DNA of 64,000 bases from an uncultured Clostridia bacterium (GCA_947627105.1 CANQUT010000002.1:7625-71624); one strand, 5' to 3'. Shown: positions 10,488 to 21,205, counted from the stretch's first letter. The notes: a model not told the origin generated them from the sequence alone. A program made the numbers and translations.

Positions 10488-10868
10488 AAAAATGTTTACA
10501 ATTTTTAGTGCATTTTTGTCTTTTATATGCTCTAATATAAAATTGCAGTTGCTAATTGATTCAGCTGCCATTGCCGCTTCTTTTGATTCAACATCTGCTT
10601 TAGTTTTTGCTATTTCTGTTTGAACTTTTTCTAATTCATTATGCTCTATATAATAAGCCATTACTTCATTTTTTTCTTCCCATATTTTTTCAATTTCTTC
10701 CATTTTTTTATTTGACTCATCCCAATTTTTACTTTCTATTTCTTGTTTTAAGCTATCTAACTTTTTACTCATTTCTTCTACTGATTTATTTGTATTGTTT
10801 TGAGTAATAATATTTCCTACAACAATTAAAACAAGTACAATAACTGTAATTACAATTTCTTTATACAT
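10485..10868 (-). CDS. small membrane-anchored protein (DUF4363-like)
   Basis: N-terminal TM segment plus a helical acidic domain. It is the usual neighbour of a DUF421/YetF gene. The family call is from memory. Confidence 0.45.
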   Translation of the reverse strand: MYKEIVITVIVLVLIVVGNIITQNNTNKSVEEMSKKLDSLKQEIESKNWDESNKKMEEIEKIWEEKNEVMAYYIEHNELEKVQTEIAKTKADVESKEAAMAAESISNCNFILEHIKDKNALKIVNIF

Positions 10869-10963
10869 TAACTTTTTTACCTTTCTTTTTAAAAGTTTTA
10901 TAAAATTGCTTATAATAGCTTATAATTTATTTATGCTTAAATTATCATAAAATTTTATAATTT

Positions 10964-11710
10964 TTAATTTTCCTTTTCTTTTGCTTGGCAAAATATTTGT
11001 CCTTTTCCATCATAGGTTACTATTAATGCTTCTTCTGGCTTTATTTTAAATTTTTCTACTTGTTTATTTAGCCAGTTTAAATCTCTTCCTATTTGTTTTA
11101 AATTATTTAGCATAATTTTTCCATCTACTACTAAGTCATAAGGAATTCCCTCATAATCTGGCTCTATATTAAAGTCTTCTGGTATAGTTGTTCTTTTATT
11201 TGGTTTTTGAATAACTGTTACTTGCCCACTTGTTTCTAAAATAGCATATTCTACGTCTCCTAAATTAACTACGCCATTTCCTCTTAATCTTTCTTGAAGT
11301 TCATTTATAGTAAATCTTTCTTTTTTTAAGGCTTTTTCATCTATTTTTCCTCTATAAATTAGAATGCTTGGCTTTCCACACATTATTTCTCTTGCTTTTA
11401 TACTTTTCATATTAATTAATGAAATTAATAAATGCATTACTAATAATCCTAAAATAGGAATTATTCCATTTGAAATTGGAATTCCTGTATCTGACATTGG
11501 AATTGATGCTAAGTCTGCAATCATAATTGAAATAGCAAGTTCAAATGGTTGAAGCTGGCCTATTTCTCTTTTTCCCATTAATCTCATAACAATAAGTACA
11601 AGTATGTACAAAAAAATAGTTCTTATTAATGTAATTAACATATTTTTTCCCTTCTTTTTTAAATTTTTTAATTTAATATAATTTTGAGCAAAAAAAATAA
11701 ATTTATTCAA
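10964..11710 (-). CDS. DUF421 (YetF-like) membrane protein; start probably the ATG at 11641
   Basis: Three TM segments followed by a soluble YetF-like C-terminal domain. Confidence 0.6.
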   Translation of the reverse strand: MNKFIFFAQNYIKLKNLKKKGKNMLITLIRTIFLYILVLIVMRLMGKREIGQLQPFELAISIMIADLASIPMSDTGIPISNGIIPILGLLVMHLLISLINMKSIKAREIMCGKPSILIYRGKIDEKALKKERFTINELQERLRGNGVVNLGDVEYAILETSGQVTVIQKPNKRTTIPEDFNIEPDYEGIPYDLVVDGKIMLNNLKQIGRDLNWLNKQVEKFKIKPEEALIVTYDGKGQIFCQAKEKEN

Positions 11711-11806
11711 GTAAATGAATAAATTTTTATTTTTAGTTCATAATACACATTAGAAAAACATGAAATTTAAATATAGATAATTCTTTTAAAAAGGAGGTTT
11801 TAAGTT

Positions 11807-12187
11807 ATGTCAAATAACCAAGCAAACACTCAAACAAGATCAAATAGTAAAAGTACAGTATGGCAAATTATTGGTAGATTAGTTACAGCTGGAGTTGTAC
11901 TTGCTATAACTGCTTTTTTCACACCAGGATTTCAAATTAATGGTTTTTGGGCATTAGCTGCAGCTGCTATTGTTCTTACTGTTATTGATTATTTAATTAC
12001 TCGTTTTACTGGTTTACATGCAAGTTCATTTGGAAAAGGCTTTGTAGGATTTGTTCTTTCTGCAGTAGTGCTATATGTTACACAATACTTTGTTGCAGGT
12101 TATACAGTATCTTGGATGGCTGCAATTATTGGTGCTTTAGTATATGGCGTTGTAGATTATTTCTTACCTGGCGAACAACAAGAATAA
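11807..12187 (+). CDS. phage-holin-family-4-like (PF04020-type) 4-TM membrane protein
   Basis: TPGFQINGFWALAAAAIVLTVIDYLI resembles the repeated PGxxxxGFW motif of that family. Confidence 0.5.
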   Translation: MSNNQANTQTRSNSKSTVWQIIGRLVTAGVVLAITAFFTPGFQINGFWALAAAAIVLTVIDYLITRFTGLHASSFGKGFVGFVLSAVVLYVTQYFVAGYTVSWMAAIIGALVYGVVDYFLPGEQQE

Positions 12188-12195
12188 ATTTAACT

Positions 12196-12226
12196 TAAAA
12201 AAGAGGCAACCTTGCCTCTTTTAATT
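12196..12226. terminator. bidirectional hairpin terminator
   Basis: The hairpin aagaggcaa-cc-ttgcctctt is flanked by A- and T-runs and sits between convergent genes. Confidence 0.7.
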
Positions 12227-13482
12227 TATTTTCCCTTATTCCAACCTTCTTTATTTGTTTGTCTTTGTCTTGCTATTGCTAGACTTTCTGATGGTATATT
12301 TTCTGTAATAGTAGAACCTGCTGCAACTAATACATGGTCTCCCATTGTTACTGGTGCTACTAAATTAACATTAGATCCAACAAAACAATTATCTCCAATA
12401 ACAGTTTTATATTTGTTTTTTCCATCATAATTGCATGTTATAGTTCCACAGCCAATATTGCAATTTTCTCCAATTGTAGAATCTCCCATGTATGATAAGT
12501 GTGGAACTTTAGTGCCTTTTCCTATAATAGCTTTTTTAATTTCTACAAAGCTTCCTACTTTTACTTTGTCTGCAAGAACACAGCCTTCTCTAATATATGC
12601 ATTTGGACCAATGTTGCAATCTTCACCAATTATTACACCTGATTTAATAGTTGTGTTTGGGTGAATTACAGTATCTATTCCAATTTCTACATCATCATAT
12701 ATGTATGTAGTATTCATGTCTTCTATTGTAACACCATTATTCATGTGCATTGTATTAATACGAATTCTTAAAATTCTAGATAACATTTCTAATTGTACTT
12801 TTGTATTTAAGCTTAAGATTTCTGTATTATCTTCTACTAAAACTCCACCAATTTTTTCGCCTTTATTAGATAACATTTTAATAATGTCTGTTAAGTAATA
12901 AAGCCCCATACTGCTTTTTTCTAATTTACCAATAATTTCTAATAATTTTGAAATATTAAAACAATATATACCTGCATTTACTTCTAATAAATTTGTTTGC
13001 GCCCCAGTTAATTCTTTTTCTTCTATAATTTCTACTATTTTGTTATCGCTTCTAATAATTCTGCCATAACCTGTAGGGTCACTAATAATTCCTGTTAAAA
13101 TTGTTGCGGTTTCATCTTCTTTTTCTGACTTTTCTATTATTGTTTTGATTGTTTCTGGTGTAATTAAAGGAATATTTCCATTAGCAATTAAAACTCTTCC
13201 TTCTTTTTTTTCTAAATATGGAATTGCTTGCATAATTGCATGACCAGTTCCTAAACAATTTTCTTGATATATGTAAGTAACTTCATCTTTTAAAATTTCT
13301 TGTATTTCATCTTTATTTTTTCCAACAATAACTGCTACTTCTTGAATTCCTGCCTTTTTTATTGCTTCTACTACTCTTTTTATAACTGCTTTTCCATATA
13401 ATTCTTGTGCTAATTTTGATTTTTTAGATTTCATTCTGTCATCTGTTCCTGCTGCCATTACTAATGCTATTACATTTTCCAT
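12226..13482 (-). CDS. glmU: bifunctional UDP-GlcNAc pyrophosphorylase / GlcN-1-P acetyltransferase
   Basis: N-terminal LVMAAGTDDRMKS nucleotidyltransferase fold plus C-terminal hexapeptide repeats. Confidence 0.85.
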   Translation of the reverse strand: MENVIALVMAAGTDDRMKSKKSKLAQELYGKAVIKRVVEAIKKAGIQEVAVIVGKNKDEIQEILKDEVTYIYQENCLGTGHAIMQAIPYLEKKEGRVLIANGNIPLITPETIKTIIEKSEKEDETATILTGIISDPTGYGRIIRSDNKIVEIIEEKELTGAQTNLLEVNAGIYCFNISKLLEIIGKLEKSSMGLYYLTDIIKMLSNKGEKIGGVLVEDNTEILSLNTKVQLEMLSRILRIRINTMHMNNGVTIEDMNTTYIYDDVEIGIDTVIHPNTTIKSGVIIGEDCNIGPNAYIREGCVLADKVKVGSFVEIKKAIIGKGTKVPHLSYMGDSTIGENCNIGCGTITCNYDGKNKYKTVIGDNCFVGSNVNLVAPVTMGDHVLVAAGSTITENIPSESLAIARQRQTNKEGWNKGK

Positions 13483-13570
13483 AATTTTAATTTTCTCCTT
13501 TTATAATATTTGGGTTTTTTAGTTTTAATTATAAACCTTTTAATTTTTTATATTATTAATATTTAAAGTT

Positions 13571-14800
13571 TTAAACTTTTGCATTATACAATTTAACTGC
13601 TGTTTCTGGACTATCTGCTCCTTCTTTATTTTTTACAGGGGCAAATTCTTCTTCTCTTTTTACTCTTAATATTGAAATAGCGTTATACCTTGTAAAGGCA
13701 TCAAATATAAATGATTCAAATTTATATACATTTGGACTTTCTGGCTCTATATATTCACCATTTTCTTTTAAATAGGCAGATTTTTTGAAGGCTGCATGAT
13801 ATGGAAGTTTAATTTTAGCTAAATCTTTTAGTACACTAATATTAAATAAATATGCTCCAATATTTACTTCTCCATATAAAAGTTCACCATTTTCATCTAC
13901 TTTTTCTGCTAATTCTTCAGCTAAATCTATATATTCAATAATTTTTGGTTTTTCATTTATTTTGCAAAAAACTCCTACTTTTTCTTTTGGATTTGTTTTT
14001 GCTACAGATTTAGCACCTATTTTTTGTTTTTCTTTAATTGTAAGTCCTAATAATAATGGATCTATAAAATTTGAAATAATATTGTCTATGTTATTTACAA
14101 ATAGCCATTCTATTTGCTTTTTGTTTACTTCTTCTAGTAAGCCAGATTTTGCAAACGATTCATAAATTCCGCCATTTCCATTTGCTGCTTCTTTTATTTG
14201 CTTTTCTTTATTTAAAATAACTTTTCCATTTATGTCTAAAAGCGGAAGTTCATTTTGCATAAAAAATTTTATTTTATTTTTGTTATAGCCAAAATAATTA
14301 TTATTTTCAAAAAATTCTACTGTTTCTTTGTGATTTTCTTTACTTGTCATAATATACCATGGAACTTCTATATTATATTCATTTTTTGCTTTTTTAAAAC
14401 CATCTATAAATATTTCAAATATATACTTTGGGCCATTTTTTGTATTTAGCAAAAAAGTTCCTTTAGGTCCACTATGTCCAAGCCTTGTACCTTGCCCACC
14501 TGCTAATGTTATTACAGCATAATGCTCATTTTTAATTACTGTTTTTCCAATGTCTTCTAATTCTTGTTTTTCTTTAGAAGATAACTTTTCTTTATTTGTA
14601 TAATTAATATGTTCTATTTTATTTTCTTCTATTTTTGGCTTTTTCTTGGTATTTTCATATAAAGTTTGTAATTCTTCAAAATCAATTCTTAAAATTTGTT
14701 GTTTTAATTTTTCTACTTCTTCTTGTGTTAATAAATTAATATAATTTAAAAGATGTGTTTGGTTATATTTTTCTAAAATAGAAACTATTTTTTCTTCCAT
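13571..14800 (-). CDS. UDPGP-family (eukaryotic UAP1-type) UDP-sugar / UDP-N-acetylhexosamine pyrophosphorylase
   Basis: Contains the LAGGQGTRLGHSGPKGTF motif. Length is 409 aa. Confidence 0.7.
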   Translation of the reverse strand: MEEKIVSILEKYNQTHLLNYINLLTQEEVEKLKQQILRIDFEELQTLYENTKKKPKIEENKIEHINYTNKEKLSSKEKQELEDIGKTVIKNEHYAVITLAGGQGTRLGHSGPKGTFLLNTKNGPKYIFEIFIDGFKKAKNEYNIEVPWYIMTSKENHKETVEFFENNNYFGYNKNKIKFFMQNELPLLDINGKVILNKEKQIKEAANGNGGIYESFAKSGLLEEVNKKQIEWLFVNNIDNIISNFIDPLLLGLTIKEKQKIGAKSVAKTNPKEKVGVFCKINEKPKIIEYIDLAEELAEKVDENGELLYGEVNIGAYLFNISVLKDLAKIKLPYHAAFKKSAYLKENGEYIEPESPNVYKFESFIFDAFTRYNAISILRVKREEEFAPVKNKEGADSPETAVKLYNAKV

Positions 14801-14966
14801 TAAATACCTCTCTTATTTATAAATTATTTTTAATTTATTTTATTCATGTTATTATATTTATGTTTAAGTATTTTTATAATTTATATCATAAAAAGCAAAA
14901 AAATACAACTGCTAATGATAAGCCTGTTAAAACTACTGCTACTAGTTAATGGTTTTATATCTAATT

Positions 14967-15078
14967 GCTTTAATAGTACTATTTTTTGCAGTTTTGAGAG
15001 GTCCAGTTCTGACTTACTTCTTTGAACTTTCTCCTGCAACGGGCATTTGAAAAACAAAAAAACTAGTACTATTAAAGC
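14967..15078 (+). repeat. MITE-like intergenic element family 1, copy a (112 bp, perfect 14-bp terminal inverted repeats gctttaatagtact)
   Basis: Shares the core gcagttttgagaggtcc.gttctgacttacttctttgaa...ctgcaacgggcatttgaaaaacaa with the copies at 19711 and 55591. Confidence 0.75.
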
Positions 15079-15161
15079 TTTAATGTAATTATAAATACTA
15101 ATTATGACTTATGTAAAAGGTACTTGTAGCAAAATTACTACAAGTACCTATCTTGTTTTGG

Positions 15162-15428
15162 TTAGCAACATTTGTTTTTGTTACATATTCTTTCTACTAT
15201 TCTTATTATGATTAATATTGCAAGTATTACTGCTAAGATTATAAAAGCTGCTAATGCAGCTGCAATAACAGCAGCTACTGCTGGAATAGAGCCAATAATT
15301 AATCCTAATGTAATACCTAATAATATAGATAATATAAATACTATAACATCTATACAACATTTATTATTTCTTTTTGGTTTGCATTCATTATTACATATTG
15401 TAACACATTTATTATCATTCTCGCACAT
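15162..15428 (-). CDS. small Cys-rich membrane protein, unknown function
   Basis: 88 aa. Cys clusters at both termini flank a long Ala/Ile/Leu hydrophobic core. Confidence 0.4.
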   Translation of the reverse strand: MCENDNKCVTICNNECKPKRNNKCCIDVIVFILSILLGITLGLIIGSIPAVAAVIAAALAAFIILAVILAILIIIRIVERICNKNKCC

Positions 15429-15533
15429 GTTTCTACACCTCCTAGTAACACTTTGTTTTTAAAGCATTACTAATATATTATATGTACGAGCATATTATTT
15501 TTTTACAAAATTCTACAAATTTTTTAAATATAT

Positions 15534-16751
15534 TTATTCTTTAAAATCCATCATATTATCTATTTGCATTTGTCCTGCCCTTGTTACACTATTATAGCCA
15601 TACTTTTCCTTTATATTATCTAGTGCTTTATCTAGCTTTTGTTGTTTTTCATTTTTAGGTGTATCAAATAAAGAAATTTGCTGAATCATTGGAGAAGTTA
15701 GTTTATCTAATTTTATTCCAATTAATCTAATAGGCTGGCCTTTATATAATTCTTTTAATACTTCTTTTGCAGTTTCATAAATTATTTTTGTACTATCAGT
15801 TGGTGTTAATAATGTTTTTTGATGCGAATAGTTTTTAAATTCGTTTGTTCTTATTTGTACACCTATTGTTGAAGTAAGTAAATTATGTTTTCTTAGTCTA
15901 TATGTGGTTTGCTCGGCAAGTGCAAGTAAAACTTCCTCTAATTTTTCTATATTGGTTATATCTTTAGGCATAGTAACTGAATTGCCTATACATTTGGGAT
16001 CTTCCGGCTCTGAATTTACCTCAGATAAGTCTATTCCATTTGCATATTCCCAAATAGTTTTACCAAATTTTCCAAATAGCTTTTCTATATTTTGCTTGCT
16101 TCTTGAAGCTAAATCTCCTATTGTATTTATTCCTAATTGTTTTAATTTTGGTATACTTTTTCTGCCTACCATAAAAAGCTCAGATATTGGAAGTGGCCAC
16201 ATTTTAGTAGGTATTTCTACTTCATATAAGGTATGAACTTTATCTGGCTTTTCAAAGTCTGATGCCATTTTTGCAAGTAGTTTATTTGATGCTACTCCAA
16301 TATTTACTGTAAAGCCAAGTTCTTGTTTTACTCTTGAATGAATTTCATAGGCTATGTCTAAGTCTGTTTTACCATTTGGTAGAAATGAGGTGATATCTAA
16401 AAAACATTCATCAATAGAAAATCTTTCTATTTTATTTGTGTATTCACAAAGAATGTTATATAAGGCATTTGAATATTTACGATAAACTTTAAAATCACTT
16501 GAATAAATTTCAAGGTTTGGACATTTTTGTTTTGCAAAATAAATTGGTTCTGCTGTTTTTATTCCATACTTTTTAGCAGGTGTACTTTTGGCTAAAACTA
16601 TTCCTTTTCGTTTTTCTTCATCTCCACCAATAATAGAAGGTATGTTTCTTATATCTACCTTTGCTCCATTTTTTAACATTTCTACTGCAGTCCATGAGAG
16701 AAATGCGTTATTAACATCTACATGTAAAATTTTTCTTTCCAAAAATATCAC
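15534..16751 (-). CDS. dinB: Y-family DNA polymerase (Pol IV / ImpB-UmuC type)
   Basis: Has the ILHVDVNNAFLSW start, the SIDECFLD catalytic motif and a little-finger region. Confidence 0.85.
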   Translation of the reverse strand: MIFLERKILHVDVNNAFLSWTAVEMLKNGAKVDIRNIPSIIGGDEEKRKGIVLAKSTPAKKYGIKTAEPIYFAKQKCPNLEIYSSDFKVYRKYSNALYNILCEYTNKIERFSIDECFLDITSFLPNGKTDLDIAYEIHSRVKQELGFTVNIGVASNKLLAKMASDFEKPDKVHTLYEVEIPTKMWPLPISELFMVGRKSIPKLKQLGINTIGDLASRSKQNIEKLFGKFGKTIWEYANGIDLSEVNSEPEDPKCIGNSVTMPKDITNIEKLEEVLLALAEQTTYRLRKHNLLTSTIGVQIRTNEFKNYSHQKTLLTPTDSTKIIYETAKEVLKELYKGQPIRLIGIKLDKLTSPMIQQISLFDTPKNEKQQKLDKALDNIKEKYGYNSVTRAGQMQIDNMMDFKE

Positions 16752-16828
16752 CTGTTTAAATTGTAAAACAGTTGTTTCTATTTGTCAATTATTATTTAAA
16801 TGAATTTTAATAGAAAAAATCATTCTAT

Positions 16829-17647
16829 TTAAACATACTTTCTAACCATTAGTCTTATTTTGCCTTTTGATGTTGTTGATAGTATTTGCCCTATTTCAAA
16901 TTTTCCTTTTCCTCTTATAGTTAAAATGTCATTTTCTTTTAGTGTAGTTGCATTTTTTGTTTTTAGTTCATAGTTTATAAATACTCTTTCTCCTGCTATA
17001 ATTTCATTTGCTTTGCTTCTAGATAAATGCAAAATTTCAGATACAATTACATCAAGTCTCATTTGAGGAATTAAAATTGTTATTTCTTCTTTTTGAATTG
17101 GAGCTATGTTTAGTTCTGAAATTTCTTTAATAAAAATTTCAGACTTTTGAAATCTAGTTAATTCTTGTAATTGTCTTTTTAAATAATCTGCCATTTCGTT
17201 TTGCACTATAATATCTGCACCAGTTTCATTTACTATAATGTCTCCTATTATTTCACGCTTTATTCCAAGTTTCATAATTCCACCTAGATATTCTGAATGG
17301 TTATATTTGCCTTGAAGTTCTTGTGGTAATATAATAGATATTACTTTAATATTTTGCATAATTATAGAATTGTTTGTATTTTCTTTTGAAAATATTTCTT
17401 CTATTTTTTCTGGATATATAAATAGCATTTTTCTTTGTGCTTCTTCATAGCCTCCACTTAAAATATAATTAGTTTCATTGCTTGCTTTTAAAACTTTACT
17501 TACTGTGTTTTGCTGATATGCATCTAAAAAATCTGTTACTTGTATTTGATTTTTTGTATGCACAAATTTTAATTTGTCTAATACTTTTGAAACTAATAAT
17601 TTATCTTCTTGTTTTGGAAATTGTTTTAATAATTCTTGTTTATCCAT
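16829..17647 (-). CDS. YlmH-like RNA-binding S4-domain protein
   Basis: C-terminal S4 motif RLDVIVSEILHLSRSKANEIIAGERVFINY. Confidence 0.65.
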   Translation of the reverse strand: MDKQELLKQFPKQEDKLLVSKVLDKLKFVHTKNQIQVTDFLDAYQQNTVSKVLKASNETNYILSGGYEEAQRKMLFIYPEKIEEIFSKENTNNSIIMQNIKVISIILPQELQGKYNHSEYLGGIMKLGIKREIIGDIIVNETGADIIVQNEMADYLKRQLQELTRFQKSEIFIKEISELNIAPIQKEEITILIPQMRLDVIVSEILHLSRSKANEIIAGERVFINYELKTKNATTLKENDILTIRGKGKFEIGQILSTTSKGKIRLMVRKYV

Positions 17648-17707
17648 TCTTTAATTCCTTTTCTAATTTTTCTATTCTTCATGTTTGATTTTTTAATAAA
17701 AACTTCT

Positions 17708-19648
17708 TTATATCGTCATGTTTACGCTATCTTGTTTATTTTCTTTTTCAAAGTATTGTATTATATCGTCTTTAATGCTTTCTTCAGCTAGACCATATAG
17801 CTTTTCTATTTCTTCTACTTTACCATGTTTAATAAATTCATCTGGGTAGCCATATGCTTTTATAAATTTATTTGCCATATTATTTTTTTGTAATACTTCT
17901 AAAGTAGAAGTTGCAAGACCTCCCTCAATAATTCCATCTTCTATTGTAATAATTTTTCCTGTTTTAGAAACAGATTCTATAATAGTATTTTCATCTATTG
18001 GCTTTAAAAATCTAGCATTTATTACTTCGGCATTAATGTTTTGCTTTTCTAATATATCTGCTACTATTTTTGCTTTAGCTACCATTTTTCCAATTGCTAA
18101 AATGGTTAAATCTTGTCCTTCTTTTATTATTTCTGCTTTTCCTGTTACAATTTTTTCAGCATTTTGCATATTTGCTTCGTAATTTGTTTGCTTAATTTTC
18201 TCGAAAAAAACATTTTTTTCTTCTCCACCTCTTGGGTAACGAATAGCAACTGGAGAACCTAAATTTATAGCATATTCTAGCATTTGTTTTAATTCATTAA
18301 AGTCTTTTGGCGCTATAATAGTTAAATTTGGTACTATATTTAAGAATGCCATATCATAAATTCCTTGATGAGTTTTGCCATCATTGCCTACAATGCCTGC
18401 TCTATCTATGCAAAGAACTACTGGTAAATTTTGCATTGATATGTCATGAATTACTTGATCATAACATCTTTGGTAAAAAGATGAATATATAGATACAACT
18501 GGTATTAAACCTGCTTTTGCTAGACCTGCTGCCATCGTTAGACTATGCTCTTCTGCTATTCCTACATCAAAAAATCTATTTGGAAATTTTTTAGCAAATT
18601 CTGTAAGTCCTGTTCCGTCTTTCATAGCAGCAGTAATTGCTACTATTTTTTCATTTTTCTTAGCTAAATTTACTAAAGTTTCACCAAATATTTTCGAATA
18701 ATCTGGTGCTTTCTCTTTTGCACTTTCGCCAGTTACTATATTAAAGCTAGATGTACTGTGAAATTTATCTGGATTTTCTTCTGCTGGAATATAGCCTTTT
18801 CCTTTTTTGGTTAAAACATGTATTAATACAGGACCTTCTTGCATTTTTGCTTTATTAAAAATATCTTCTAGTTTTTCTATATTGTGTCCATCTACTGGAC
18901 CTAAATAGCAAAATCCCAATTCTTCAAAAAGCATATTTGGAATTATTAATTGTTTTACTACTCTTTTTATTCTTCTAACAAAATTGATTATATTATCTCC
19001 TGTATTTCCTGGTAATTTTTTTACAATTTTTTTAATATATTCATTAGATTTTTTATAACTTTTTCTAGTTCTTAATCTAGTTAAAAAGCTAGAAATTCCG
19101 CCTACATTTTTAGAAATGCTCATTTCGTTATCATTTAATACAACTATTAAATTTGTTTTACTACAACCTGCATCATTTAAGGCTTCTAGCGCCAATCCAC
19201 CAGTAAGAGCTCCATCTCCTATTACTGCAATTACTTTATAGTTTTCTTTTTTTATATCTCTTGCTCTTGCCATACCTAAAGCTGCAGAAATAGATGTACT
19301 GCTATGACCTGTTTCAAAACAATCATACTCTGATTCTGAGCATTTTGGAAAACCAGAAATTCCGTCTAATTGTCTTAATGTGTTCATTTTATCTCGTCTT
19401 CCTGTTAGCATTTTATGAATATAAGTTTGATGGCCTACATCCCAAATAATTTTATCATTTGGTGTATCAAATGAACTATGAAGTGCAATTGTAAGCTCTA
19501 CTACACCTAAGTTTGATGCTAAATGCCCACCTGTTTTAGATACTGTGCTTAAAAGTTCTTGTCTTAAATTTTCTGCTAATTCTTCTTTTTCCTTTATATT
19601 TAATTTTCTTAAGTCTTCTGGTGTTTGTATTTTATATAGGTCTTCCAA
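17708..19648 (-). CDS. dxs: 1-deoxy-D-xylulose-5-phosphate synthase
   Basis: 646 aa with GGHLASNLGVVELT, GDGALTGG and IAEEHSLTMAAGLA motifs. Confidence 0.95.
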   Translation of the reverse strand: MEDLYKIQTPEDLRKLNIKEKEELAENLRQELLSTVSKTGGHLASNLGVVELTIALHSSFDTPNDKIIWDVGHQTYIHKMLTGRRDKMNTLRQLDGISGFPKCSESEYDCFETGHSSTSISAALGMARARDIKKENYKVIAVIGDGALTGGLALEALNDAGCSKTNLIVVLNDNEMSISKNVGGISSFLTRLRTRKSYKKSNEYIKKIVKKLPGNTGDNIINFVRRIKRVVKQLIIPNMLFEELGFCYLGPVDGHNIEKLEDIFNKAKMQEGPVLIHVLTKKGKGYIPAEENPDKFHSTSSFNIVTGESAKEKAPDYSKIFGETLVNLAKKNEKIVAITAAMKDGTGLTEFAKKFPNRFFDVGIAEEHSLTMAAGLAKAGLIPVVSIYSSFYQRCYDQVIHDISMQNLPVVLCIDRAGIVGNDGKTHQGIYDMAFLNIVPNLTIIAPKDFNELKQMLEYAINLGSPVAIRYPRGGEEKNVFFEKIKQTNYEANMQNAEKIVTGKAEIIKEGQDLTILAIGKMVAKAKIVADILEKQNINAEVINARFLKPIDENTIIESVSKTGKIITIEDGIIEGGLATSTLEVLQKNNMANKFIKAYGYPDEFIKHGKVEEIEKLYGLAEESIKDDIIQYFEKENKQDSVNMTI

Positions 19649-19710
19649 AGTATCCCGTCCTTTTTTAATTTATTATTTTAATTTTTTGGTTTTTATATTT
19701 TTACATTAAA

Positions 19711-19826
19711 GCTCGAATAGTACTATTTTTCGCAGTTTTGAGAGGTCCCGTTCTGAGTTTACTTCTTTGAATCAGCTCCTGCAACGGGCAATTTGAAAAA
19801 CAAGAAAACTAGTACTATTTCTAAGC
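19711..19826 (+). repeat. MITE-like element family 1, copy b
   Basis: Same core as 14967..15078. The terminal inverted repeats are imperfect (gctcgaatagtact / agtactatttctaagc). Confidence 0.7.
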
Positions 19827-19858
19827 GGGTTAACTATAAAACCATTAACAAGTACTAT

Positions 19859-21205
19859 TTAACTTTCTTTAACTAATTTTTTATACAAATTTCCCTTTTC
19901 TTCAAAGTTTTTAAAAAATCCATAGCTTGCAGCTGCTGGAGAAAGCAAGCAAATTTTATCTTTTTTAGTTACTTTTTTAGCGGCTTTAACTGCTTCTTCT
20001 AGGGTATTTACAATATATACTTTTTCTTCTTTTAATTTCTTAGCAATATCGTGACCTGTTTTTGGCATACAAATTATATTTTCAATGCTGCTATTATTTA
20101 GATATTTTATAAAGTCTGTATAATCTAATCCTCTGTCCATTCCACCTATTATTAACGTATTAACTTCTTTTAATGCTTCTACTGCTTCTATTGTAGCCAT
20201 TGGAATAGTGCCTATACTATTATCGTAGTATATAACACCATCAAATTTTCCAACTAACTCTAGCCTATGCTCTAAAGTTTTAAATTCACTTATAGTTTTA
20301 ATTGTTTTATTTAAGTCTAATTTTAATATTTCAGAAACGCCAAGTACAAACATTATATTGTTTAAGTTATAATCTCCCATTAAGTTTCTTGGCTCATTTT
20401 TATCATATATACATTTATTATTTAAATATACTTTGTTTTCTTTTAAATATATATTGCTATCTTGCTTTGCCTTAAAACTTACTTTATATTCTTTTGCCTT
20501 TACATCTTTTGCTAGTCTATTTATTGTTTCATTATCAGCATTGTATAAAAAGTAATCTGAATTTGTTTGATACTTGAATATATTGCACTTAGCTTTTGCA
20601 TATTCTTCAAATGATTTATAGTGGTCTAAATGTTCCTCATAAATGTTTAATAGTATTGCAATATTAGGTGATAGTTTCATGTATTCTAATTGGTGTGATG
20701 ACATTTCTAAAATTACCGTCATGTTTTCTTCTAGTTTATCTATGTAATCAAATACTGGTATTCCAATGTTCCCTAGAAGCATACAATTTACACTTTGATC
20801 TTTTAAAACATTGTATATTAATGAACTTGTTGTGCTTTTGCCTTTTGTACCTGTAATTCCTATGGTAAAAACATTAAAAAATTCTAGTAATAACTCTAAT
20901 TGTGATTTTATTTTGTTTTCATATTTTTTTATATCAATTTTTGCAAAAGATATTCCTGGGGATTTCATTATTATGTCATAATCATTTAAATTTTCTAAAT
21001 ATTTTTCTCCACATATAACTTCTACATTATTATCTTTTTCTATATTTTCAGAAATTTCTTTTAAATCTTCTTTTTGGTCTGCAATATATATTTTTTGATC
21101 TTTTAAATATTTTCTTATTAATTTATATGTTGACTTTCCTTCTCTCCCAAATCCTAATATAAGTACTTTTTTATTTTTAAAATACTCTATTAAATCATTT
21201 ATCAA
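19859..21205 (-). CDS. murD: UDP-N-acetylmuramoyl-L-alanine--glutamate ligase (MurD or MurD2-type)
   Basis: Mur ligase with GITGTKGKSTT P-loop. Its start overlaps the stop of the upstream PP-loop gene by 11 nt. Confidence 0.88.
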   Translation of the reverse strand: MINDLIEYFKNKKVLILGFGREGKSTYKLIRKYLKDQKIYIADQKEDLKEISENIEKDNNVEVICGEKYLENLNDYDIIMKSPGISFAKIDIKKYENKIKSQLELLLEFFNVFTIGITGTKGKSTTSSLIYNVLKDQSVNCMLLGNIGIPVFDYIDKLEENMTVILEMSSHQLEYMKLSPNIAILLNIYEEHLDHYKSFEEYAKAKCNIFKYQTNSDYFLYNADNETINRLAKDVKAKEYKVSFKAKQDSNIYLKENKVYLNNKCIYDKNEPRNLMGDYNLNNIMFVLGVSEILKLDLNKTIKTISEFKTLEHRLELVGKFDGVIYYDNSIGTIPMATIEAVEALKEVNTLIIGGMDRGLDYTDFIKYLNNSSIENIICMPKTGHDIAKKLKEEKVYIVNTLEEAVKAAKKVTKKDKICLLSPAAASYGFFKNFEEKGNLYKKLVKES

